DNA of 64,000 bases from Plasmodiophora brassicae (lineage: Eukaryota): positions 1,178,001 to 1,242,000 of the forward strand of contig CP145410.1 in the NCBI GenBank assembly GCA_036867785.1. Reading direction: 5' to 3'. Position numbers and translations under genes: made by a program. Positions 49,890-60,175 of this stretch are shown piece by piece. Within the stretch, counting starts at the first letter, position 1. Each line of letters starts with the position of its first letter. Below the pieces are notes generated by a model. It ran no database searches. It was not told the DNA's origin and was given only the letters and a program-made list of their open reading frames with translations.

Positions 49890-49997
49890 GGGAGCCGCGC
49901 GCGGCGACCCCCAGAGACATGGGCGGTCGTCCACGTCCCGGATCTGACTAACAACCGCGTCTATAAAGAAAGCGACATTGTAGATCGGCTGTCGAGG

Positions 49998-51319
49998 CTA
50001 CGGGAACGACGTCTTGATCGCCGGGGCGCTCGATCGTCGGCGGGCGCGCCTCTGCAGCTGTGCCGTCTTCCGGTACCTGGTCGGCAGGCGGAACGCGCCC
50101 GCGAACCTGTCCAGGGCGCCCGACCGCAGGAACCGGTCGGCGAACACCGCCTGCAGGCGGGCGTTCAGGTCGGATTCGACCTCCTGGAACAGGGTGACGG
50201 GCACCCGCGGGTTGTCTTCGTCGATGGCGTCGGCCCGCGCCGCCAGCGCCTGACGGGACGCCGCCGAGACGGCGTCGCCGACCGGGCTGGGCGCGTTCTC
50301 GGCCAGGAACTTGCTGTTGATGCTGACGAGCGCCCTGTACCGCGACGGTTGCGACGTCCCGTTCCGGAAGTCGCGAATCGCCCGCAGGCATTGCAGGTGG
50401 ACGGCCTCGCCGATCTCGGTCAGGTAATCCATGAGGAACGCGGCCGCCCGTTCATCGGCGAGGAACGACTGTCGGGCACGCGTCAGCCTCCCGAACCCGC
50501 TACCTGGCGTCGCAGTGCCCTTCACCTGCAGGTCAGGCCGGTCGATCATGGCGTCGTAGCGGTCGGCGTGATGGGACTCGCAGAGCCCTGCCGGCCGAAA
50601 CACGTCGTCAGCGGCGACGCTCAGCGCGTAGTACACGCACGGTGTCGCCCGGCAGGATACGGCCGCCTGTGCCGGCGCGATCTCGACATGGGCCATGATC
50701 CTCTGCAGGGTGTCGGCCAGGGCGACGCGTTGTGGGCGCAGGTCGGCCCGGTTCAGGACCGCGTCGACGAACGCCTGATCCGACAGCTGCTTCGTCACGT
50801 TCTGCAACTTCTTGACGTTGTCGGGTTTCATGTGCCGGCTGACGATCGGGTTGGCGACGGCGAAGGCGCGGTTCATGGCGGCGACAAGGAACTGCGGGTC
50901 GGCGCCCAGATCGGGGTTCTCCAGCGACCGGTGCGCCTGCACCAGCAGCGCCTGAAGCGGCTCCGTCGCCTCCGACGTGTTCTCGGGCGTCAGCAGCTTC
51001 TCGTTCAGCATGATGCCGACCTTGAGGACCAGCTTGACCATGTCCTGTTTCAGCTGCTTGCCCTGCGTCTCCCCAAACACGATCTTGGCGGAATCTGCTG
51101 CATGCGTCAGCCGAGGTCGTGTATCCCGAGACAGTCGTTAGGCGTGCGACCTTTAATGGCGTTGAAGATCGCCTCGCCATCGTCACCGAGGACGCCCAGG
51201 ATCGCCTTGCGCCCGAGCTTGGTGCCCGCTGTGGCCGACCCCATGAACTTCATGGCACGAGCAAACCCGCCCTGCTTGCTGGGCATCGGCTGCTCGGCGT
51301 CCGCCTCATCGTCCGACAT
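49998..51319 (-). CDS. TNFAIP8/TIPE-like domain + Cys/His motif + RGS domain protein
   Basis: TIPE-like KQDMVKLVLKVGIML and IVSRHMKPDNVKKLQNV..LSDQAFVDAVL; RGS-like FLMDYL..HLQCLRAIRDF..INSKFLAENAPSPV..LFQEV..DRFLRS; two introns. Confidence 0.75.
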
Positions 51320-51370
51320 ACTTCTACAAGGATGACACTAGCTGTTAACAGATCGCCCGTACTCCATCGA

Positions 51371-51817
51371 CCCTATGTACTGAACCTGGGGGACACTCTA
51401 TGGGGGTTCTGAAACCAGTCAACGCTGTGTGTCACCTGCCGTTGTCATCCGAGGGAACCGTTCCTATCTCAATCGTGCCAAGCAGCAGCTGGTGCTGGGA
51501 TCGCACCGGCCAAGCACGGATCCTGGTGCGTCTGCTGAGGCGTCCAGGACGCCTCACGTGATCATTTCTGCACTGTCGCCGCAGCGAGGGGCAGCGCTGA
51601 CGCCAACGCCAACCTGGGCGGCTCCTCCATGGTCGTCGTGCATCGCGTACACAGAGCAAGGGCCGCCTTGGCCGGCTGCACGACTACAAGTGCCGGGCGA
51701 TCACTTGAGGCTTTCAAGGGCGCGCCTGCGGAAGCATACCAGGATGGGTGGTCAATCAAGCCGCATGGTGCCATCTGCTGCAGACCTGCGAACCGCATCG
51801 GGCATGTAGGGGGTTTT
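51371..51817 (+). ncRNA. Candidate structured non-coding RNA (rod 51482-51781), identity unknown
   Basis: Several nested complementary blocks share one axis; G.U-compatible differences on the + strand; T4 run at 51814-51817. Confidence 0.45.
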
Positions 51818-51901
51818 AAAGACCGGCGCTGGTGTCGTATTCAGTGCTCGTGCCTGCGTTTGTTATGGCGTGTGGATCGGCGGGTACGTAGACGCGCGTT
51901 A

Positions 51902-53275
51902 ATGGAGCGCGACGTTCCGCCGGTGTCGTTTGGGCTGTCGGCGCGCGTGTTCCTGTATCCGGTGAAAGGCCTTGCCGATGGCCGCGAAGCGAACCGCGAC
52001 GCCATCCGGCAACGCGTCGAGTCCTACATGAAATGCGTCGTCGGGCTCGGGTTCACACCTGCCGATGTCTTCTCATCGTACGAGCGATTGTTACCGGTTA
52101 GCCTGGTCCATGCTGACGTGCGCTCGCCCGTCCAGAGGAGAGGCGATCCCTCGGCAGGTCGCCGAGGTGATCTACAGTCAGATGACCGAGGTCTACGGCA
52201 GGCAGTGCCAATTGCATCGTCGATGGCAGGCGATAGGATCCGACCCGATGCAGATGCTGTCGGAGGTCCTGCATAAGTCGTCCGGCGTTGACCGGTCCAT
52301 CTGCCTGGTCGGCCACCCGCCCTTCCTCAAGACCGTCTACACGAACCTGAAGAAACTCGACAACAAGTACGTCGAGAAGGACGCGACCGGCCAAGAGTTC
52401 GAGGACGACCTCGATCCGGCCATGGCGATGCACCCGGAAGCCGTCCTGGAGATCTCCGTCCTGAACAGCGTCACCACACGATTCCAGCGGTGCTTCGTCG
52501 AGCACCAGTTCACGTACACGAGGAAGCATCGGCACAAGATGTACGCACGGCGACGTCCGGCCACTGTCCCTGCTGTGTTCTGACACGTGTCCCGGGCAGC
52601 TTGACGATCGTCCTGATTCCGACCGGGGTGGCGAGCGACCGCAACCCGATGCAACTGACGGATCACTCGGAGACCTGCCTGCGAGGCCTGCTCAGGAAGC
52701 CACTCGGTCTCACCCCGGGATCGGGTGCCTCCGCCTTCCTCGCTGACAGCAGCGTCCCCGGGCGCCTCTCCGTTGCATTCCTGTTAGAGGTACCCCATTC
52801 GCAATGGTGCGAAGGCCCCTTGCAACCAGTTGGTGACGAGATGAACGACATTGGCAGAATACGACGGCCGCCTTTCTGCCCATCTTCATATCGCAACGGG
52901 TTCGGAACCGCCCATGCCATGCAACGGGATTGCCTGCGAAGTAACGCCCGCCGTTCAGAACCCACAGAAGGTTGTGCGCGCGATCGCCTCGCAGCCGGCA
53001 GGGACGCGCACGTTCCTGATGGCGCCCGTGGCCATCCTGAAGGAGGTTGCCCAACTGCTGCTGGGCGTCGACAGGTTCGTTCCGGGGGCCGCGTTTCGAT
53101 CCCGCCCGACGTGCGCCTGACACACACGCCCCAACGCGACAGCACCGCATCGGACAGCATCGAGCAGAACGTCGTTATCGTGTTGCAGCACAGCGTCCCT
53201 GCCGCCTCGTACGAAACGTTCGAGATCGCCACCAAGTGCATCGACACGATGCTGACGGCAGTCAGCGCCAAATAG
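51902..53275 (+). CDS. Hypothetical protein, possibly tandem degenerate histidine-phosphatase-like folds, multi-exon
   Basis: Chain of coding exons with GT-AG introns; SICLVGHPPFL resembles a SixA-type segment. Confidence 0.6.
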
Positions 53276-53342
53276 AATGTGTGTAATGTGGGACGTGGAA
53301 CGCGACTCCCGTGACGCCCAGGTCGGGGGGAGGGCGAACCCG

Positions 53343-53891
53343 TCATGAAGCGTTGGGTTTCCAGGCGGGCGCCCCCTCGTTGTAGTGTTCCTGCTTGAAG
53401 ATGGGCGCCGTCGTCTTCATGTGGTCGATCGCGAACTCGACCGCGCGCAGGGCGTCCCGTCGGTGCGGGGCGCTGACGGCCATCCGGACGGATGCCTCGC
53501 CGACCGGCACGAACCCGACGCGATGCTCAATACCGATGCGATGCACGGACGGCCAGCGCGCCCGAATCGCATCGCACGTCTCGTGGAATTGCTTCACGGC
53601 CATCCGCTCGTAGGCGTCGTACGTCAGGCCGACGACGCGCCTGCCGTCGCGCTCGACATCCGCCCGGGCCACGCCGACGAACGTCGCAATCGCGCCGATC
53701 GCCTCCAGGCGCACGGCGCGCTCGACGACGTCGCCATGAAGCGCGTGCGGGCGCAGCCAGACACTGGACAGCCGCGGGCACTCGTCGACCGGGTCGCACC
53801 GGTTCCCGCACGAGCATCGCGTCGATGCGAGCGCCGGCGACTTGTCGGCAGCACCCGGCGGCGCCGTAACCGCCGCACCGCCGCTCATCAT
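53343..53891 (-). CDS. MOCS2: Molybdopterin synthase catalytic subunit (MoaE)
   Basis: GAIATFVGVAR, LTYDAYERMA, HRVGFVPVGEASV, SAPHRRDA, APIFKQEHY. Confidence 0.92.
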   Translation of the reverse strand: MMSGGAAVTAPPGAADKSPALASTRCSCGNRCDPVDECPRLSSVWLRPHALHGDVVERAVRLEAIGAIATFVGVARADVERDGRRVVGLTYDAYERMAVKQFHETCDAIRARWPSVHRIGIEHRVGFVPVGEASVRMAVSAPHRRDALRAVEFAIDHMKTTAPIFKQEHYNEGAPAWKPNAS

Positions 53892-54069
53892 CTCCGCGCC
53901 ACTTTCGACTGAAGCGTCGCGTGCTCGTCTCTCGTGGTGGACCGGACGGGCGCCCCCGCCTGACGATGCCGATGCCGAACGAGGTGGAGGAGCGGCGGGT
54001 GACTCACCGCCAACGTGGTGGTCGGCCCAGGAGTCAACGCGCGCCCGCTCCAAAGTCGAGCGGCGACGA

Positions 54070-54381
54070 ATGAGGACGCGTCCGAACATTTCTGGCACGA
54101 TGCCAGCGCAGGCGCTGCGCCCGGTGCCGTTGAGCCAGGCCGGGAAGCGGCTGGCTGGGACGCGCGAGTCGACGACGGACCAGCACCCGAACAAGCACGC
54201 GCACAGGGACGATATCGCCGGGAAGGCCACCCCGGATCTATCGTCAGCGGCCGACGACCCGGACTGGCTGGCCGTCCTGCAACAGGAGGACAGCACCATG
54301 TTCGTCGACGACGACGGCCCGGATCTGCCGCCGGCGCCGCCACCCAGCAATCCCGCCAACATGGAGCAGGACCAGGGATAA
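54070..54381 (+). CDS. Small hypothetical protein (~103 aa)
   Basis: ORF with GC3-biased codons followed by an AT-rich tract; no obvious splice link to the GYF gene. Confidence 0.35.
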   Translation: MRTRPNISGTMPAQALRPVPLSQAGKRLAGTRESTTDQHPNKHAHRDDIAGKATPDLSSAADDPDWLAVLQQEDSTMFVDDDGPDLPPAPPPSNPANMEQDQG

Positions 54382-54519
54382 CGTTATACATACAAGGAAC
54401 CCCATGCGCTCGTACGTGATAGCAGGCTCGCGCACAGGTACCCGTTGCACGTCTTGCCGCAGGGGCGTCGCGCATGCGGATCATCGTCGTGCGTCGCGAA
54501 GGTGCGCGGCGCAGTCGGC

Positions 54520-56330
54520 ATGGGCGGCGCGGCACGTCCCGAGGAGGTCCGTTGATTGTGGAGGGCAAGGGAGAGCATGCCACCAGCGGTACTGACGCGC
54601 GCGTCGTGCAGAGGGGCTGGCAGTGGTACTACGTGGACGATGACGGCCAGTGCCAAGGGCCGCACACGCACGACGACATGGCGGACTGGTTTGCGGTCGG
54701 CTGGCTGCGGCCGGACCTGCTCGTGCGCCCATCGCATAGGACCGTGTTCAAGCCGCTGAACGCGTTGAAACCGGTGCCCGAGTTCTGCCGGCCGCAGCAG
54801 CGGAAACCGCCTCCGGCGCGTTCGCCGCCACCCCCGCCACCAGCGCCCGAACCGGTCGAAACGCCCGAGTGGATGTACCTCGATGAGAACGGTACGTAGG
54901 GGGCAGTCGTTGGGCCATCATTGCCGCGTGCCTTACGGGAATCGCCCAGGTGAGGAGCAGGGTCCGTTTCCGATGGCGATGATGGGCGCCTGGTTTGTCT
55001 CTGGGCACTTTGACGAGAACGTCATGGTCCGTCCCATGAATGAACAGGTAACCGCTCGACGTGCAACTCTGTCGATGAACGCGCTTACCTGGGCTGACCA
55101 GGGGTTCCAACTGCTGAGTATTCATGCGGACGCGTTCAGACGAGCGGCCGCCGAAGTTGTCCCTCAAATGAAGCACGAGTTCCATGTCGATGATCAGCGT
55201 CTTGATGACGAAAGGGTAACGTTTGCATCCTGTTTACTGCCTATTTGGCGTCTTATGCTGTCGTGCCGGCAGGAAGAAGATACCAGCGATGGGCAGGAGG
55301 TCGCCTTGTGGATGTATCTCGACGACAGCGGCGAGAAGCAAGGGCCATTCACAGGGACACAGATGCTCGCGTGGTATAATGCCGGTTTCCTGGACGGCAG
55401 CGTCCGTGTTCGCAGGAAGGCATCGCCGGATGAAACATTCTTCCCCATTGGGGACGATGCCGAGGCCCTGTTTACGGCGACTGTCGAGGAAGGTCTCGAA
55501 GAGACGGAAAAGCCATCCGATGAGGCTGCTGCTGTCGTCCGAGAGGGACCGGACACTAAATGGTTCTACATTGACGATTTGGGCATTGAGCAAGGTCCTT
55601 ACCCCGCTGCTCACATGCGCTCATGGTACGACCGCGGGTTTCTCAAGCCAGGTACGACGCCGTGCGCGTTTAGCGCTTGCCTACCCACGGTCTCATTCGT
55701 ATGCTGTCAGCTGTACGAATCCGTACGAGCGACGAGACGGAATACACGGTGTTCGGCAACCGCGTCCCGTGTCCACAGTTTGCCGCCCATCGTCCACCTC
55801 CTCCTGTCGTTGTAGCGCCGCCCGTCATGGTCCCTTCAGAGAGCTGGTACTACATCGACGCGGAGGGTCACGAGCAAGGTCGGCATGGTGTGGTTTCGTT
55901 TGTTTCCGAGCTCATTGCCAGGGTTGGTCAGGTCCTTTCGCTACGGCAAGCATGCTCGCGTGGAAACGCCAAGCGCTCCTGCCGCCTGATCTACGTGTCC
56001 GATGTGCTGTTTCTGGATTCTATCAACCAATTGAATCCGTTGATGCGTTCAATGACCGGCCAGTCGCCAACGAAGACCTCGTGCAATTCGGTGGATTCCA
56101 GTCTCATGGCAGACGTTTCCGGGCGTCTGCTGCAAGGTCTGGCATTGGCTTCTGTCGCATTGGAAGGCCATCGGGGCTGACTGTGTCACCATAGTCACTG
56201 GCAAGACAAGGATCTTCCCGACGATTCCGCTGGACGGCAGATGGGCCATTACTTTGACGTCAACGCATGGCAAGAACAGCGGAACCAGCAGATGGCGGCC
56301 CAGCTCCAGAAGAAAAAGAAGAAGCGGTAA
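54520..56330 (+). CDS. Protein with five GYF domains and a basic C-terminus, multi-exon
   Basis: Five W-x-Y-x-D-x2-G-x2-QGP...M-x2-W units; ends GRQMGHYFDVNAWQ...KKKKKR. Confidence 0.88.
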
Positions 56331-56704
56331 CTCGTGAAATACATCTTGTACCCGCAGTTGTATCAATGTGAAGATGTTAATCATTGCCGAGAAAGTGGCG
56401 TTCCATGCAGAACCGACGGTAGCAGCCTTGCAGGTGACGGTCATTGACCTGATCAGATAGAACCGCTCCGCTGTCAACGAAGCAGAATTGGTGGACGACT
56501 TGCAATGTGATATGGTCAATGACCCAGAGGCGCAGGCAGCGAAATAGTCTATCACGTATTCACACCTTGTCGCCACGATCGGGACGGTTCTTGAAAACGT
56601 CCTCATCGCCTACTGGCATTGCATTAGGTAGGTCGTCCGCCAACGAGGGCCGTGAAAACCTGCAAGTACGTCACTGCTTCAATTGTATTCGATTGGCTTG
56701 TTCT

Positions 56705-59025
56705 CTAACTGACGTTTGCTGGTACACCTCTGAGAAGTTGCCCCAGCTGGCGTTGATGAGCGGGCAATGCATCGACGGGTGACACTGGTCTCAGCAGGTC
56801 CTGCAGATGAGCACGATTGTCGTCGGTCATGAACGGGAACACGCTCGGGGAGAGTCCCAGGGCCTCCAGCGTGAACGGTCTCGACACTTGCTCCAGCGTC
56901 CGCTTCCGTGTCGCAGGCGACATTGGTTCGACAAACACAGCAACTTTCCTTACAACCGCACTTGACAGGTCGCATCGAATCGTGAAGAACGGTTGCACAT
57001 CGGGCACCGCCGGGCCCGTTGAGCCTTGAGTAAACGCCGACCTTGCCCTCCTGGGCGTTGTCGCATCTGGAGACCTTACTGGCGATGAGCAAGACCCGAA
57101 CATGGCAGGCACGTCAACGGATCCACGATCATCCGCAACACTGACGACCACGAACGTGAACGTCGCTGCCTGGGCATCACTCTCAGGCGGCACCATCACC
57201 GAGATTAGAAACTGTGTCGTCGTCTTCCCCACTGGCACGCGAACAGCAATCCGCCTCGCGAACATCCATGGCAGCAGTCGTTCCAGCGGGTTCGTCAGAA
57301 GCGCATCGTCGTTGTCGACCTCGACGATATGCGTAAAGGACACCAATGAAGACGATAAGCGCCGGCCAAAGTCGCCACCGGCAACCTTGTTGACAGCGGC
57401 GTCGCCAAACAGCTCGCTGAGCCAGCACCGGCACCGGACCGGTTCCGACATGAACTTTGATTGTCGTGCCGATACGGCACGCGATGCTATCAGGACGATC
57501 GACATGACGAAGGCGCGCCGGCGGTCGCATTCGAGCACGCCTTGGGCCATGAGACGACGAAGCGCGATGGCGCCTTCCGACAGGGCTTTAGGCAAGTTCC
57601 CCGCGATGTACGACAGCGTCGCTTCGGCCAGAATCGGTTCAGGTGGGTAAATGACAGTACATGCCCTGCCCTGGAATGGTGCACAAACCGCCAGGAGGGT
57701 AGCCAGATGTGACTGGACGAGGTCCATCGCCAGCGATGATTGCGGGTTGACCTTGACCGGCATGACGGCGCTGAACATGGCCACGAGGTCGGATTCGGAA
57801 ACGGGCTGGTTGTGACCCGCCAGTAACGTCAGCAGCGCCTCGCGTTTCAACGTGTCCAGGGCGACCTCGGATCCGTCGTGCAACAGGGTCGTCCAGAACG
57901 GACGACCGGACGTGAACAGGTCCACATATGGGGACAGGTGCCTCCAGCGAGATCGCAGGAGATCCCTCGTGGCAAGTGCTGTGAACGGTTCTGCTATCTG
58001 TCTTGGCCCAGCCGGGTCCAGGTGACCGTCCGGATCCATTGGCCCTGCGAAGTCTTGCTCCTCCCAGGCTGCGTCAACCAGTATGGCGACGAGGTTCCCG
58101 CCAGGGAGCGATCGAAGCACTCGACGCAGCAGCCGAAACAATGTGATGCAATCTCCACGCTCGTCGACAGCAGTGATCTGGTTCAGGAGCGAAGCGTGGT
58201 CGAACACGATTGCGATGACGTGGTCGGCAGGAACATTCGGGAACGTCGACTGGTTGTCGTCTAATCGGCAGGCGGCCGCAAAGAACTCGGCGACCTTGGT
58301 CGACATGTTCTGGACGGCCGGCCAGTCGTGCTGCCCGCCCGATTTCCAGAATGAGGACAGTAGGCAGTGCAACCATTTCGTCAAGTCCCTTGCGGCGTTC
58401 CTCGAGCTTTGCAGACCGGCGAGGAATTGCCTGACGGGCTGGTTGGCGTGGGGGTACCCGGGCAGGTTTGGGTCCCGCAGGCAGATGTAGATGGTGTGGA
58501 GGAGGTGGCTCGACGTGTCGGCTGCCTTGATCAGCCGGGACTTACCGTACCCGGCTGACTGGCAGACAGCGAAGTACGGTGCGAACAGGTGATGCTGGCG
58601 CCATTGGTGCACGACATGCTGGACGTGCTGGGTGAACGCAGATACAAGGCGGCCGCCCGGGTCAACGAATGGCGTGTTGAATGGGTGCCTCGAAGTGTTT
58701 GACGCCGCCGCCTCCATGCCTCGTCGGTGCCCTGGCATTCCACCGTCTGACCATGGTGGATGGTGTGTCCAACGAGCCGGGTATTACCTTCGGTGTCGAC
58801 TGCTGGGTGCAGGAAACGGTACAGTGAGACGGCGGCGTCTCGAGGCATTACGAGTTCGAACTTTGACATCGGGCATTGTAGCAGGAACGTGTCGGGGATG
58901 AGCTTGAGGAAGTCAGGAGCATTGCAGCCATGCTGTTTCTCCCACTGCCCTAAGAGATCCTGCGCCCCTCCTGATTGGTTGTGCCGATGCCTTGGGCTTC
59001 GTCGGATGACATTCCCGCCCACCAT
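56705..59025 (-). CDS. Crinkler/RHS-type NTPase + REase-fold protein with a SAM-like header
   Basis: APYFAVCQSAGYGKSRL P-loop; SGRPFW; LVQSHLA; YPPEPILAEA; SFTHI; upstream exon joined in frame by intron ~58748-58788. Confidence 0.7.
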
Positions 59026-59274
59026 ACTACCAGACCGTATCAAGGCATCATCGCATGCTTGCCATGAGTGAGAGCGACGTCGGTCATGCAATGCGGCGTA
59101 CCGACTATCGATCCACCCGGTCGTATCTTGGTCGGGCGGAGCGACGCCTGATTGATAAGATCATGATCGCGTTGCTGACCTTAACAACGACGGCGTGACT
59201 CATGGCGTCAGTGGGTCAGGCAGTTGCTTCCGGGCATCCGAAGTTAAACTTCAAACCTGGGCGACACGTCGACA

Positions 59275-59709
59275 ATGGTGGTGCGGTCATGGGTGTACGC
59301 TGCTGGCCTGACGCTACTGATTCCCTTGGCAATCAGTGCTGCCGATGATGCTGTCGGATCGTGTGACGACTTTGCGAACGGGTTGGTCAAATGCGTCAAA
59401 GATGCCCACCGCCCAGAATCTGGCAGGATCGACTGCGGCAAGCCGGCGGATGTGAAACCCGTCCAGGCATGCATCCTGGCGTTCAAGCGATGCGTGCCGA
59501 AGGCGTCCAACTTCGACAAGGATTTTGTCCGAGATTTGTTCGATGTCGTTGACCAGTTCTGCCTCGGCACAAACGTCGAATTCCGTATCGAGCCCGTCCT
59601 CGCCGTTGGTGCCAAACACAAGGACAAGAAGGACAATGCCGCCCAACGCCTCATCTCCTTTGCGTCTGTCGCTGTGCTCGCTGTCTCTCTGCTCCTCGTC
59701 GTTCCCTAG
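59275..59709 (+). CDS. Small Cys-rich secreted, GPI/TM-anchored protein (144 aa)
   Basis: Signal peptide, 6 Cys, hydrophobic C-terminus. Confidence 0.75.
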   Translation: MVVRSWVYAAGLTLLIPLAISAADDAVGSCDDFANGLVKCVKDAHRPESGRIDCGKPADVKPVQACILAFKRCVPKASNFDKDFVRDLFDVVDQFCLGTNVEFRIEPVLAVGAKHKDKKDNAAQRLISFASVAVLAVSLLLVVP

Positions 59710-60175
59710 TGTCAGATACAGCCAATCGAAAACAATTGACCAATAGAAATCGATAGATACCCAACATTAGTGATGCAACGCTGTACGATGACAGAACCGG
59801 AACGCGATCGTTTGACGCTCTCGCAAAGGGCCCTGGATTCGAGACGTTAAATCGGCGGCGATGTATCCTTGATACCAGTTTGCCTGGGCCCGTCTCCAAA
59901 GACGTGGCAAAGTCCTGGGGCATATGCCAAATTCGCGAGCCACGTCGCCCAGTGCATCTCCGTCCGGGACGTCTCCCGATTCTCGAACGTGCTAGGAGCC
60001 TCTCGAGCACGCTGCGCCTCTGCACATTTGTCGTGTGCTTCTTCCCCGGTGCCGTGACTGTAATTCAGCACTTGGACCGTCACCGCAAGTGCCCGCGCCA
60101 AAAGCGTTCCATTCGCGGCACGCCGCCCGTTCGCGTTCTTGCGGGGGCTACCCGCTACCGTGTTAGGTAGTCTGC

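Noticed and set aside
51371-51817. Naming the structured region as SRP, U3, U17/snR30, RNase P/MRP, telomerase RNA or a TPP riboswitch
   Set aside because: Only fragments match (GATCATTTCT, AGCA, TTCCTA/AAACCA in the wrong order). No helix-8 GNRA, C/D boxes, P4 motifs or plausible telomere template were found
53892-54362. Bicistronic MOCS2A upstream of MOCS2B, or a long N-terminal extension
   Set aside because: No MoaD-like ORF ending in Gly-Gly; the extension looks like GC-rich open-frame noise
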